Made by a program: the position numbers and the translations under genes. The notes beneath the pieces were generated by a model, which made no database searches, was not told the origin of the DNA, and saw only the letters and a program-made list of their open reading frames with translations. A DNA stretch of 64,000 nucleotides, taken from assembly GCF_006345805.1 (NCBI RefSeq), contig NC_043000.1:12338001-12402000 (forward strand), written 5' to 3'. This stretch comes from Octopus sinensis (Eukaryota). Shown here one piece after another: positions 51,387-63,971 of the stretch (within the stretch, counting starts at the first letter, position 1; the number at the start of each line of letters is the position of its first letter).

Positions 51387-53430
51387 TGTATGCGTGTGTG
51401 TGTGTGTGTGTTTGGAGGTGCATGGTTTAGTAGCTAGGGTGTTGCACACAGGATCGTGAAATTGTGGTTTCAGTTCCTGAACTGGGTGGTGTTTTGTGTT
51501 CGTGAGCAAAGCACTTTGTTTCATTTGGCTCTAGTCCACTCACATGGCAAAAATGACTAATTCTGCAATGGATAAATGTTCCATCCAGTGGGAGCATGTA
51601 TACACCACAGACTCCAGAAATTGGCTCAGGAAGGACTTTTGATATGTATGTGAAGACACGTGACCTAGTGGTTAGAGTGTTGCACTCACAACCAGGTGGC
51701 GTGTTGTGGTTTTGAGCAAGACACTTCACTTTACATTGCTCTAGTGGTTGGGAGAGTGCCAGAATCATTGGTGCAAAAGAAAAAATGCTTTATAGTATAT
51801 CTTCTGGCTCTCTCCACAGTCTGAGTTCAAATCCCATCTGCTTGGAGAAGGCAATGAGAAACTACTCCAGTGTTCATTCCAAGTCTAGTCATGGATGGCC
51901 AAAGTTCCAATAATCTACTTAAGCGGTAGGGGAGAGTACGAACTCTCCTGGGTCATGTAGAGAGTGGTGAAGCAGTACATACACAGAGCCTACCCAATGG
52001 CAGACCACCACCAGATTAGATACATACATATGTGTGTGTGAGGTTTAATTGTACTTATCTGCATCACTACCTCCATATCAACTGACCTGCATTTCTCTTG
52101 TGGTCACTCTCGACTCTGTGGACTTACTCCTGGATGAAGAGCTCAAATTCATTTGAGCACATCTAGCTCTCATCTATTGTCTGTGAATATATGATCTACT
52201 GGTCAGGGTGTTGCACTCATGATCTAGCGATCATGAGTTCAATTCCTAGACTGGGTGGTGCATTGTGCTCTTGAGCAAAACACTTCACTTCACATTGCTC
52301 CGTGATCACTTCAACACCTGATGCATGGTACACCATGCACCTGTTCAGATGTCGATCTGATGAAGAGAGTGAGTTAATGTGCAGCATGAACCTTTGATCA
52401 CTATAAACAAATCATTTGTACAGGCCCTTTGGCCAAAGCTGAATGCTCATACATTGTCTTCAAAGGGAGAGTCCACCATATATATAAATATACACAGTTT
52501 ATTGTACTTTCATTAGCTTGACTGGTACTTTGCCTATAACCAAGTCCTGTTTGCCGGGATTCCATCTTCCTTCATTAAATATCGAATTTTAGGTATCTAG
52601 TTCATTTGTAGTATTAATTGCCTGTATCTATCATATGCCATTTTTTAATGCCTTCTTACCTATTATATATATAAATGTGTAATATAAAGATAGATAAGGT
52701 CAGTGTATTGGATTACCCTGGGTTTAACGTCCATAAAGCACTCAGCTTTACAGCATATAATCAGACCCCAAAACCTGTTGGCACATGACTGTGCCAACAG
52801 GTTTTGAGGTGTGTGCATTTATGATTTACCGACAATATATATATATATATAGATAGATATACACACACCCACATTTATATACACACACACACACATGTGC
52901 ATTTCTGAAGAGCTGCAAACAATGCAAGCCATAGAAACAATATGTAAACAAGCAAAACTAACAGCTCCCATGCATACAAATAATGTTATATTATATTATA
53001 TAATATATTTTGTTTACTTTGTCTATTGATTTTTTTTTTTGAATCAGAAATTCATTTTCAAGACAATGGCTGCAAGGTCAACAAAACACACCTATGTACA
53101 TACGAACCACTGGTTTTACAACTGCCTACACTCCGCATACAAACCAGTATTGTTGTGGCTTTGCAGAAAAATAAATAAATAAAAAAATCTATTGCATTGT
53201 TTTACAATGTTTCATATTAATCAGACAGGTGTGGTTATTTATTATTTTTTGTTGTTGTTTTGAATAACCTGCAAAAGGATGAAAAGCAAAGTTGATCTTG
53301 GTGGAATTTGATCTCAAAATGCAGAGATATTGTCAGAACACTATCATGTGGCATTTTTATTTGACACATCGTAATGACTCTGCAGATTTACTAACTTAAT
53401 CTGTGTGTGTGTGTGTGTGTAATGAATATA

Positions 53431-53649
53431 CTCTTTTACTTGTTTCAGTCATTTGACTGCGGCCATGCAGGAGCACCGCCTTTAGTCAAGCAAATTGACC
53501 CCAGGACTTATTCTTTATAAGCCTAGTACTAATTCTATTGGTCTCTTTTGTCGAACCGCTAAGTTACGGGGACGTAAACACACCAGCATCAGTTGTCAAG
53601 CGATGTTGGGGGGACAAACACAGACACACAAACATAAACACACACATAC

Positions 53650-53680
<31 letters not shown>

Positions 53681-53857
53681 CATACATATACACAACGGGC
53701 TTCTTTCAGTTTCCGTCCACCAAATCCACTCACAAGGCTTTTGTTGGCCTGTGGCTATAGCAAGAAGACACTTGCTCAAGGTGCCATGCAGTGGGACTGA
53801 ACCCGGATCCATGTGGTTGGTAAGCAAGCTACTTACCACACAGCTACTCCTGTGCCT
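53431..53857 (-). mobile_element. Full-length SINE family A
   Basis: reverse complement of 40984-41370. Confidence 0.9.
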
Positions 53858-54060
53858 ATGTATGTATTTTCGAAATGTGTGTGTGTAATGCATAAGTATG
53901 TGTAGAAAATATGCGCATGTATATATGTGTGTGCATGTTTGTACATGAGTAAGTGTGTATACATGCATGTGTATATAATGTATGTTTGGACTGTGTTTGC
54001 TTTTGTGTGTACATATGTGTGTGTGTGAGAGAGAGTTCATTTAGTTTGATTCAGCTAACA

Positions 54061-54670
54061 TGGTACTTAATTTATCGACCTTGAAAAGGTGAAAAGCAAA
54101 GTCAACATGAGTGGAATTTGAACTCAGAATATCAAAGGTGGACAAAATGCCACTAAGCTAACAATTCTGCCAGATCACCACCTTAATAATAACAACAACA
54201 AGCTTATTATATACAGTGCTCAGGTGTACTTTGACAAAAAATACTCTGCTTGTAGAGGGACTTGAGCCCGTACTCTAGTGCAAAACAACATTAGAGTACA
54301 TAAAAATCTGATGCTCTACTAATTGAGCCATGCAAGCAAACTATCATCATCACCACCACCATTATCATTATTATTAATATCGTTCAATAAAATATCTTAC
54401 AACCGAATTGCGCTCTTCGTCTTGATTGCTTACCTTTGTGAGGAGTAACGTCAATCCTTTTTAAAATTATTATTATTATTATTACTATGGTTCTGGACTA
54501 CTGACCAAATTATCAGGATTCCAAATCTCTCATTGTACTATGTCCCAGAATAAGAAACATAACTCTGCTGATTCCAGTTAATTAAACACACATTCATGTA
54601 TGTGTATGTATGTGCTTATAGGATGTTCTTATTCATGGAAACAGGTTATTCAAACACACACACACAGATG
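54061..54670 (+). repeat. Local direct duplication, copy 2 (extra ~90 bp near 54375-54465)
   Basis: co-linear with 50901-51386. Confidence 0.9.
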
Positions 54671-54882
54671 GAGCACTGATTTCATATATGTACACCATGT
54701 ACCTGTACCTATATATGGTGATTCAGTGCACACACATACATGAATGTGCATATGTATGCATGAGTGGGAATACATCTCTGTTGAGCGAACAGGAGTGTGA
54801 GCACATGTCCATGTGTGTGTGTGTGTGTGTGTGTGTGTAGAAATGTTTTGGAAAGAAAGTAGGATCAGCTTTCATCAATTAA

Positions 54883-55265
54883 CCCTTTAGCATTTGAAGA
54901 AGCCATATCCAACCCAAATATTCTACCCAGTTTATGTTCAAACCAGCTAGATCTGGCCTTTCACACCTACCCAACAATGTCATTCTAAAAATAAATAATC
55001 ACATCACCGAAACCTTCAAGCAACAAGGTAATTATATGATGAAGTCAAAACAATGTGAATAAATAAGCATTACATTTGACAAAGTGATATCAATGTTCAA
55101 TGGTTAAACCGATGCCATTTAAATTGGTTATATCCAGCTCAGATATTCTACCTGTTTCAAGTTCAAACTGACCAGACCCTGCCTCTCATGGTCAACCCTA
55201 CAATGTCATTCAAAAAATAAACAAGCTTTACGTTTGACAGAATAATCCGAATGTAAAATGGTCAA
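54883..55265 (+). mobile_element. Two tandem P2 MITEs
   Basis: ttaa ccctttagcatt...aatgttcaatgg ttaa followed by a second degenerate copy. Confidence 0.7.
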
Positions 55266-55638
55266 TTGTCTACTTTTTTAATATTCAATTAGCTTTACTG
55301 GAAAAAGATTTGGCAAAAGTGGTGGTGGCCATGGCAACAGCAATTGTAGTCGTTAGAGCTGAAATGAACAAAAAGATATATAGGGGGAGAGTGAGAGAAA
55401 GAAGACTGGCCTGAATGGGGAATGGGGAGCAAATCCAGTTTCTAAAATGGTGGTAGCAGTAAGTGGGGTGTGGTGTGAGTGGATGCAGATTTCTAGTTTT
55501 CATTTTTGTGTTTTTTGGTTCTTTTTTTTTTATGCATATATATGTATATTATATATTCCCCTTTTGTTAATTTAAATAGCTTGTTTTATTTCTTTTTATT
55601 TCAATTTTATTTAATATTATTAATTTTTTTTTTTGCAG

Positions 55639-55702
55639 CGCAGGATTAAAAAAAAAACAAAAAACAAATGATATCAAACAGTTTGAAGCTGTGAAGTTCT
55701 AA
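55639..55702 (+). CDS. Putative terminal exon (AGLKKKQKTNDIKQFEAVKF*)
   Basis: T11-gcag acceptor, phase 2, TAA at 55700-55702, followed by UTR-like low-complexity sequence. Confidence 0.5.
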
Positions 55703-57234
55703 TTCTTCATTATCGTTATCATCGTCGTCGTCGTCGTCGTCATCATCATCACCACCACCAATATCAACATAATCATTGTCGTCATCACCGTCATCATCAT
55801 CATCACCACCATCATCATCACATTCTTCTTCCTGAACACCGAATTGAGAAATTTTGTTCCATACCTTTCCTTAACAGCAGAGTCTGACATTTTGGGAAGT
55901 CTTTTTTTAATATTTTTTTGGCTTTATTTATTACGTAATTTTTCAATTTTTTTTTTCTTCATACAGAATATAAAAATGTTTCTTTGATTCTTGTTTTGAT
56001 TTGGCAAAATCTCCACTTTTTGGTTTCCATTTTCTACAAAACCAACAATCCCCTATCTCCCACCCCAAAACCCACCCACCTGTCCCACACCGCCCACCAT
56101 TCAATTTTGGTTCAATATTTATGTAGTTAAAAAAAATTATTATTTTTTCAAAAATTTTACTTTTGATCTTTTTTCTTTGCTTTTTTTTATATTTTGTTTA
56201 CAATGTGGAGTAAATTTCACTGACAGATGTTATGTAAAGTGTATTATATACTTGTTAAATAATGCATAATATATATTATGAAATACATATTACACAAAGT
56301 AAATTGGACATAAAATAATATACAATATATATAATATGTATAGGATATATATAACATATACTAAATAATGTATATATGTTCCATAATATATATATATATA
56401 TATGTATGCATATTAGTAGTATAAATATGCATAGACATCATATGATATGTTATAAAATGTATATTTGTATTATATATATACTATATGCATACATATATAA
56501 TACACAGTATAATGTATATATATATATTTATAGTCCTATTACATGTGTGTATTTATTTATAAATATATATATATAATATATATACACACACACACACATA
56601 CATTTATATGTATATTAGTTATATATACATGTATGCATGTGTGTGTATATATATACACGCATATATATGTATATACACAGACACACACACACAAATGTTT
56701 ACTTATTTATTTTTTTATACATTATATATCGCTGAATTGTTGCCATTCTTGGGGATTGCTTTAAAAGCTGTAATCATTTATAAGGAAACCCTGTATGTAT
56801 GTCCGACTGGCATTTATGGTATGCTTCCTTATTTGTCAAACAGCTAAGTTATAGGACGTAAGCATTGACACCGGTTATTATCTAATGTAAAACATAAACA
56901 AGTAAACACACACACATGCAGAGAGGATTGTTCTGTACTGTTGAGTCTGCTAAATTTCATTCACAAGTCTGGGACTGAAATTTGCTTAGCAGGTGGCAGA
57001 CCCAATTTTGCAGGAGGATGTTCAATGCCAACAAAGTGTATTCAATGCCCACCAAAAATTTCAGGATTGTGCTTGCAACCCAGCACCTGAACCTATGCAC
57101 ATTATATCTGTCAATCTAAGGCTGCAGATGAAAATTCTTGCCTAAGGTGCCTGCCAAATGGTAGAACATAATCTAGACCCATGCGCTACTGAAGTGATCT
57201 TGTTCACCACACAGTCGTTATTTACATCTGTACA

Positions 57235-57269
<35 letters not shown>

Positions 57270-57930
57270 ATATATATATTATATATATTATATATATATA
57301 TATGTGTGTATGTATGTATATATATATATATGTATATGTGTTTACAACTAGTATGTGATATCAAGACACGGAGACACAAATACACACATATGTATGTATA
57401 TATTATATATGAGAGGCTTTTTTCATTTTCCTTCTAACAAGTCCACTCAAGGTATTGGCCAGCCCAGGGCTACAGCAGACGACATAGGTTTATGCTCAAG
57501 GTCCTGCTCAATAGGATTGAGCCTAAAGTTAGGTGCGTGGTTGGGAAGAGAGAGAAACAGAACTCATTTTATAAAGTGCAGTATATATAAATTTCTTTAT
57601 AATATTACTTGTATAGAGACACGGCCCAAACACTTTGATAAGTGCCTTGCATGAAACACTGGGCACTTAAGCAATTTAAGTAGCTTTACAACTAATAAAT
57701 AGGCATAAATATATACATATATGTACAACTACATATATATATATATATATATGTACATAAATATGTGTATGTATATATATATATATATAATGATATACAC
57801 ATATATATGCACATATACACATATATATGCAGATATATATATACATATACATATATATGTAGATATATGTATAAAGACATATACATATATATGTATATAC
57901 ATACAATCATATATGTTTATATGTACACAT

Positions 57931-58010
57931 AAAATATATTAAGTCCATAGTCATTAGTCAGACAAAATATATATTTTGTCAGACTAATAATTATGGACTA
58001 AATATATTTT
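57931..58010. repeat. 80-bp spacerless palindrome
   Basis: 40-bp arms with 4 mismatches. Confidence 0.88.
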
Positions 58011-58090
58011 ATTCACACTCAGACTTATCTTTGAGCTCTTTATTCTAAGTGGCCAGGCAATAGATTATTTTGAACTCATGATCCCCTCGA

Positions 58091-58158
<68 letters not shown>

Positions 58159-58416
58159 TACACCTTTACACACACATGTATGTAAAATCTTCGAAATTGT
58201 TTCGGTATAATTTACAAAAAACTCCAGAAATATTGTAATATCAAGCAAGAAAAAAAGGTCAATTTGTATTTCAGTCAGGGTGATAAAATCACCGACTGAT
58301 TCTAATGAATTTTTGCAGAGAATGCCATGGATACACAATGACAGGAATAAGCAGGATTTAGCTTTGAACATTCATTTGTTTCTTTGCTGTTGTTGTTGTT
58401 GTATGTTTGCTCTCAG

Positions 58417-58471
58417 CTCAGCTTCAATCTGTTGTTTTGAAGGCCTTCACCAGAAACCGACTGAAAAGTAG
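58417..58471 (+). CDS. Possible 55-nt alternative exon ((A)QLQSVVLKAFTRNRLKS(R))
   Basis: tgtttgctctcag acceptor, TAG|gtgata donor, phase 1-2. Confidence 0.3.
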
Positions 58472-58580
58472 GTGATAAAGAAGTGCACATGACAATATGA
58501 TGTTGTACATACAAGTGTTTGAGTGTGTATGCATCATCTATCAGCATCATTGTTTAATGTTTGCCTATATGTGTGTGTGG

Positions 58581-58835
58581 TGGAGGCACGTGGCTTAGTG
58601 GTTAGGGTGCCACCACCATGATCGTAAGATTGCGGTTTCGATTCCTGGACCGGGCGACGCGTTGTGTTCTTGAGCAAAACACTTCATTTCACATTGCTCC
58701 AGTCCACTCAGCTGGCAAAAATGAGTAACGCTGCGATGGATTGGCATCCCGTCCAGCTGGCGAACACATACGCCATAGAAACCAGGAAACTGGGCCCATG
58801 AGCCTGGCTAGGCTTTAAAAAAAAAAGGGCGCATT
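58581..58835 (+). mobile_element. SINE family B
   Basis: tggaggcacgtggcttagtggttagg...ggtttcgattcc...gagcctggctaggcttt. Confidence 0.85.
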
Positions 58836-59103
58836 TATTTTTTTTATAAGTGTGTGTGTGTGTGTGTGTGTGTAAAGATTGTTCAGTTGCTCCTAAGTCC
58901 AAAAAAAGCACACTCTAACTGAAATTTTGAGCAGTTATATTTTATGTAGTCATCTATATTGTGATATGCTATGGTTACTTTCTGACCAGTTATATGTCAT
59001 AAACTGAAGATATAATACTCAACTACATTATGTATATATATAATTATTTGGACTTCGGGTATATGGTTACTGATATGCTGATTAAAGCTCTTTTGCTGTT
59101 TAG

Positions 59104-59212
59104 GCTACCTGATGTCATCCACAGTTGTGATATAAGTGTCACTGGATCTACCTCAGGAATCCTGCAGTTTATAATGAATGAGGGAAATGGAAAATGGAGT
59201 TATGATGAATAA
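59104..59212 (+). CDS. Possible alternative terminal exon (LPDVIHSCDISVTGSTSGILQFIMNEGNGKWSYDE*)
   Basis: cttttgctgtttag acceptor, phase 2, 35 open codons, stop overlapping AATAAA. Confidence 0.3.
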
Positions 59213-59477
59213 AGATTCTCGTAAACCCCATTTTCTGTTTCCCTCATTCATTATATATACATGTGTGTGTGTGTGTGTGTGTGTGTGCATATGTATATGT
59301 ATGTATATATACACTGGGGCTGGCCAGATTGGAGCAATCTCAAGATTAATCAGCCGAAATTGCGAGGATGCGCCGGTTCTTGACAGAAGATTAAAAGCTT
59401 CGAATACCCGTCCGTGTTTTTTGTATCGTCTTCTGGATGTTTTGCATTCTTACCTCATTTTGTATTTTTATATATAT

Positions 59478-59511
<34 letters not shown>

Positions 59512-60128
59512 AGTGCAATCATGTATAAATATGTATAAATTATATACAAATATCTACATGTATATACATATATATATGCACACACACACACATACATGCA
59601 CATACATAAATACATGCATATGAATACATACATATGCATGCACATCCATACAAATATCCACATGCATTTAAACACACACATTAGAAATGAAATTAAGGGC
59701 GTTGTTTGCTTTTCCAAGATAATATGTTATTGGCACATAGCATTCTTTTACCAATGGTTTATGCCACCACATATTCATCAGACACAGACATCCTCTTTAA
59801 CACTCCTGCTCTTGACCACTTGACCTAGTAGAACATAGGGATGTAAAAGTTGGAGGGAAAGTCGGCTGTATTAGTGCTGGCATTGTACTATATCTATCAA
59901 CACTGAAGGAATTGAAGGTAACTATTATGTCGCACGTTCGGATGCCTTCTACTCAACTCAACTCCATTCTACTCTACTACTCTCTACTCTTGATGTCTAG
60001 GCTTCTTCCTCTATAATCTACGTATCGGGCTAGCCTACGTCATCGTCTGGGGGTGTCTACACAACAGCAACGTGACTGCAGTGGACTTTGAACTCAGAAC
60101 TAAGAAAGTTAGAAAAAATTTCAAAATA

Positions 60129-60644
60129 CCGTATTTCAACATGTTTAAGGAACCCATTTTTTATCAAAAATTAGTTAAAAAAATATGGGAGTTTCTTATT
60201 TTTTTGAACCTCAAATCTCCATAACTTACAACATCGCAAACCTTAGGCCAACACCCAACGAGTTGCGACATCCTATTGAATGAGTCACTATCTATTTGTC
60301 AAGCGATGACATGTGCATAAAGCGGCCATCACAAATAACAATCATTTGCCAAACAATACATACTCGTGCTCACTGAGACTGTTAAATCCGTATTTTTGTA
60401 TTAACACAAAAGTTCTATATTGTATTTAAAATGTCTCCCCTCTCTTTCATAGCAGGCCCTTTCTTTCTTACAATATCCATAGTCTCTCATCTCTCTCCCT
60501 TTCTCTCTTCCCACACAAAAATGAAGCACATTACAAAATAAGTGTAGGTGCTCTTATCAAAATTTACCTAATCCCTTACAAAACCCTTTTTCCAAATTTT
60601 AAACCCCCAAAATTTGAGGGTTCCTTATACATGTTAAAGTATGG
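60129..60644. mobile_element. pogo/Tigger-like MITE
   Basis: imperfect ~27-bp TIRs ccgtatttcaacatgtttaaggaaccc / gggttccttatacatgttaaagtatgg; TA on left flank. Confidence 0.65.
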
Positions 60645-60689
60645 TGTGTTCCACTCAAAGTCCAAATGACTTTCCCAATGGACCAGTTT

Positions 60690-61255
60690 CAAATTTTGGC
60701 ACAAGGCCAGCAATTTTAGCAGGCAGGAGTTAGTCAATTACATTGACTCCAGTGTTTGATTGGTACTTTATTTTATCAACCCCGAAAGGATGAAAGGCAA
60801 AGTTGACCTTGTCAGCATTTGAATTCATAATGTAAAGAGACAGATAAAATGCTATTAATCATTTTGTCTGACACGCTAACAATTCTGCCAGCCTGCTGTT
60901 GATTTAAGCACAAGGCCAGCAATATTTGAGAGGAGGGGTTAATTGATACCATTGCCCCCAGTAGATGACTGTTACTTTAGTTTATCGACCCTGAAAGGAT
61001 GAAGGGCGAAGGTGACCTCAAGAGAACTTGAAATCAGAAAATAAGGAGTCAGAAGAAATGCTTTACAAGTAATTTTTTTCTAATGTTCAAACAATTCTGC
61101 CAGGCTTCAAATGTAGACTCAAGGCGAGCACCTTTGAGGGAAGGGTGTTAGCTGATGCCATCGGCCCCGGTACATGACTAGTTCTGTAATTTTACTGACC
61201 CTGAAAGATTGAAAAGTAAAGCTGACTTTGGCAGGATTTGAACTCAGAAAGTAAA
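60690..61255 (-). mobile_element. Three tandem SINE family C copies
   Basis: same motifs as the 44.7-51 kb array. Confidence 0.8.
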
Positions 61256-61847
61256 GGACCATACTTCTACATTGTAAAGCATGTTGCAGAAGGTTGAAGG
61301 ATTCTATCCATCCATCACCCATATATATATATTACATGCAGTTAAATATATGTCCAGTCATAAAGTGACCAATGGTTTCACATCCATAAGGCCCTTAGCT
61401 TTATAGACAACGCATCATACTCTAATGGTACACATACACACAAGTACAACACCAACTTTCTGCACACTGATGGTATGGAATTTACAGATACCTGTATTTC
61501 ATTTAATTATTCAAGTAAATTTAATATTTGTTTGACTTAAAGTATGTAGACAAAGGTGACCAGCACTAATTTGGGGAAAAAATTAGGCAATCCAGAAAGG
61601 CTTTGGAGCTAAAAGTTCTAGAAAATTCATGTTGTACCTGCATATATAAAAGCAGAGATCTGCTACTCATAACCATGTAAACAAATACAACCTGTGCAGG
61701 GAGAGGTTATGAGTGAGAAACCTAGCAACAAAGCTTCCTTGGCAAGGGAGGTGATGTTTGGATATCCTGCAGGATGAACAACAAAAAATTGTCAAATTCA
61801 AGTGAGTCAATGGACACACACTGTTATGCTTATGCCTAGATGCCTGT

Positions 61848-61884
<37 letters not shown>

Positions 61885-61916
61885 GGTAGTAGTGTAGGGG
61901 AATTGTGAGCTCGAAA

Positions 61917-62079
61917 TAGGTGCAGGAGTGGCTGTGTGGTAAGTAGGTTGCTTACCAACCACATGGTTCTGGGTCCAGTCCCATTTAGTGGCCTCTTGGG
62001 GATGTGTCTTCCGCTATAGCCTCAGGCCGACCAAAGCCTTGTGAGTGGATTTGGTAGATGGAAACTAAAAGAAGCCTGT

Positions 62080-62132
<53 letters not shown>

Positions 62133-62362
62133 TTAAGTGTATATGTTTGTGTGTGTGTGTTTGTCCCCCACATCATGTGACAACCAATGCTGGTGTTTAT
62201 GGCCCCGTAACTTAGTGGTTCGGCAAAAGAGACCGATAGAATAAGTACTGAGCTTACAAAGAAGAAGCCTTGGGGTCGATTTGCTTGACTAAAGGTCGAG
62301 CTCCAGCATGGCCACAGTCAAATAAATGACTGAGACAAGTAAAAGCACGAAAGATAAAAGAA
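61917..62362 (+). mobile_element. Full-length SINE family A
   Basis: co-linear with 40984-41370. Confidence 0.9.
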
Positions 62363-62370
62363 TATATATA

Positions 62371-62830
62371 TAAACAATAAATTAGATAGAAAGATTCAAT
62401 TGACAATCCAATAATTTATTAATGTTATAATATAGCATAATATACTATGAATATAATATAACACAAACAATCATTTAAACAACCAAAAAATCCAACAATT
62501 TGTTTCGACTTATATACATGGGAATTGAATTGTTTGTATGTAAAAAAAAATGTATATAAGTCAAAACAAATTGTTGGCTTTTTTAGTTGTTTAAATAATT
62601 GTTTATGTTATACAGGGTGATTCAAAAGTCACTATACTTAGGAAAAATTATTTTTTTATAAGTAACAGTTAAATATAAAAAAATTGTTTCATATAAAAAA
62701 TAAATTGTTCTTATGCATGGCGACTTTTGAATCACCCTGTATTATATTATATTCATAGTATATTAATGTTATAATATAGATAAATTATTGGATTGCTAAT
62801 TACATCTCTCTATTTAATTTATTATTTGTA
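62371..62830. repeat. AT-rich fold-back element whose right arm is interrupted by a MITE
   Basis: caatccaataattta...caacaatttgtttcgacttatatacat / atgtatataagtcaaaacaaattgttg...taaattattggattg. Confidence 0.85.
62613..62739. mobile_element. 127-bp Tc1/mariner-type MITE
   Basis: perfect 18-bp TIR CAGGGTGATTCAAAAGTC, TA duplicated on both sides. Confidence 0.92.
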
Positions 62831-63635
62831 ATTAGCATTATACCCATATTTATGTGGTATTCAACTGACGTAGCAATGAATTGGATGTTTTACATGCTCC
62901 TTTGAAGGAATTCTTTTCCTTTGTTTGTTACCTTATATATATATGCGCATTTATGCATATATATATATATATAGTGCACACATGATTGCTAGATTGTGGG
63001 TTTGATTCTCTGACTGGACAGCACATTGTGTTCTTGAGCAAAACACTTCATTTCACGTTGCTTCAGTCTGCCTTTCGATCAGCAGGGAATTTTGGCCTGC
63101 TCGCATGGTGGTGTCGCTTGAAGGCTAAAACAATGCAATAACGCATTGTGACCAGTGATGTGTAACAATATCTGATAGCTTGGTCAGTAACATGATCACG
63201 TGATATATATATCTATGTATATATAAGTAATTATTTGTAAGATTATTTGAATTAAGGTATTTTAAAATTAAGGACACCAAGTTAGGGTCACAACGCTTTC
63301 CACATCTTGGTATTTTTTCATAACCAAATTTCAAGTTTCTAATTTGAAACAAGGTTTTTCCATGATGTAATAAGAATTATTTATCAACAACAAAAAAAAA
63401 GTGTCAGAAACAGCTGTAGTGAACCTTAACTCATTTGTGTTTTGTCTTTATATATAAATAAATGCATTTGCATGTATGTAAAAGTCCACATGGGAAATGA
63501 TGTTCTCACATAAAACATGTGATGTTAATAGTCCCTGGCCAGCTTGCCTATTTTTGCTTGTTGATAGCTTAACAACTTCCAATATTTATAGGTATGTATG
63601 TATATATGGCTGTGTATGTTTGTATATTATACATA

Positions 63636-63830
63636 CGCCATGATAGATTGTTAGCAACTACACACACATTTTTTTTCTCTCCTTGTTTTTTCTGTGTACC
63701 TTTCTGTAGAAGAGCGTAGGCTCGAAACGTAAAAGACTTTTTCTATTCCTGAGCATTATACTAATACATCTGTTTGTTTTGTACACCACCTGCCTTCATC
63801 TTTTGTTTATTTTCATAAACTTTCCCTTTA
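63636..63830 (+). mobile_element. Penelope-like terminal repeat fragment with degenerate hammerhead-like motif
   Basis: ctgtaga-a-gag-cgtagg-ctc-gaaacgt at 63704-63730, flanked by (TA)n-rich DNA. Confidence 0.5.
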
Positions 63831-63939
63831 TATTATATATAGTCATTTACACATTACATCTATATACACGTGTGTATAATAATTATAGGTAACAGGGTGT
63901 ACACCATGTGATAAGCTAGATGTAAAAGAGTATAGATGA

Positions 63940-63971
<32 letters not shown>

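Noticed and set aside
56376-59823. Numerous Y/I/H/T/C/V-rich ORFs
   Set aside because: Translations of (TA)n/(CA)n microsatellites
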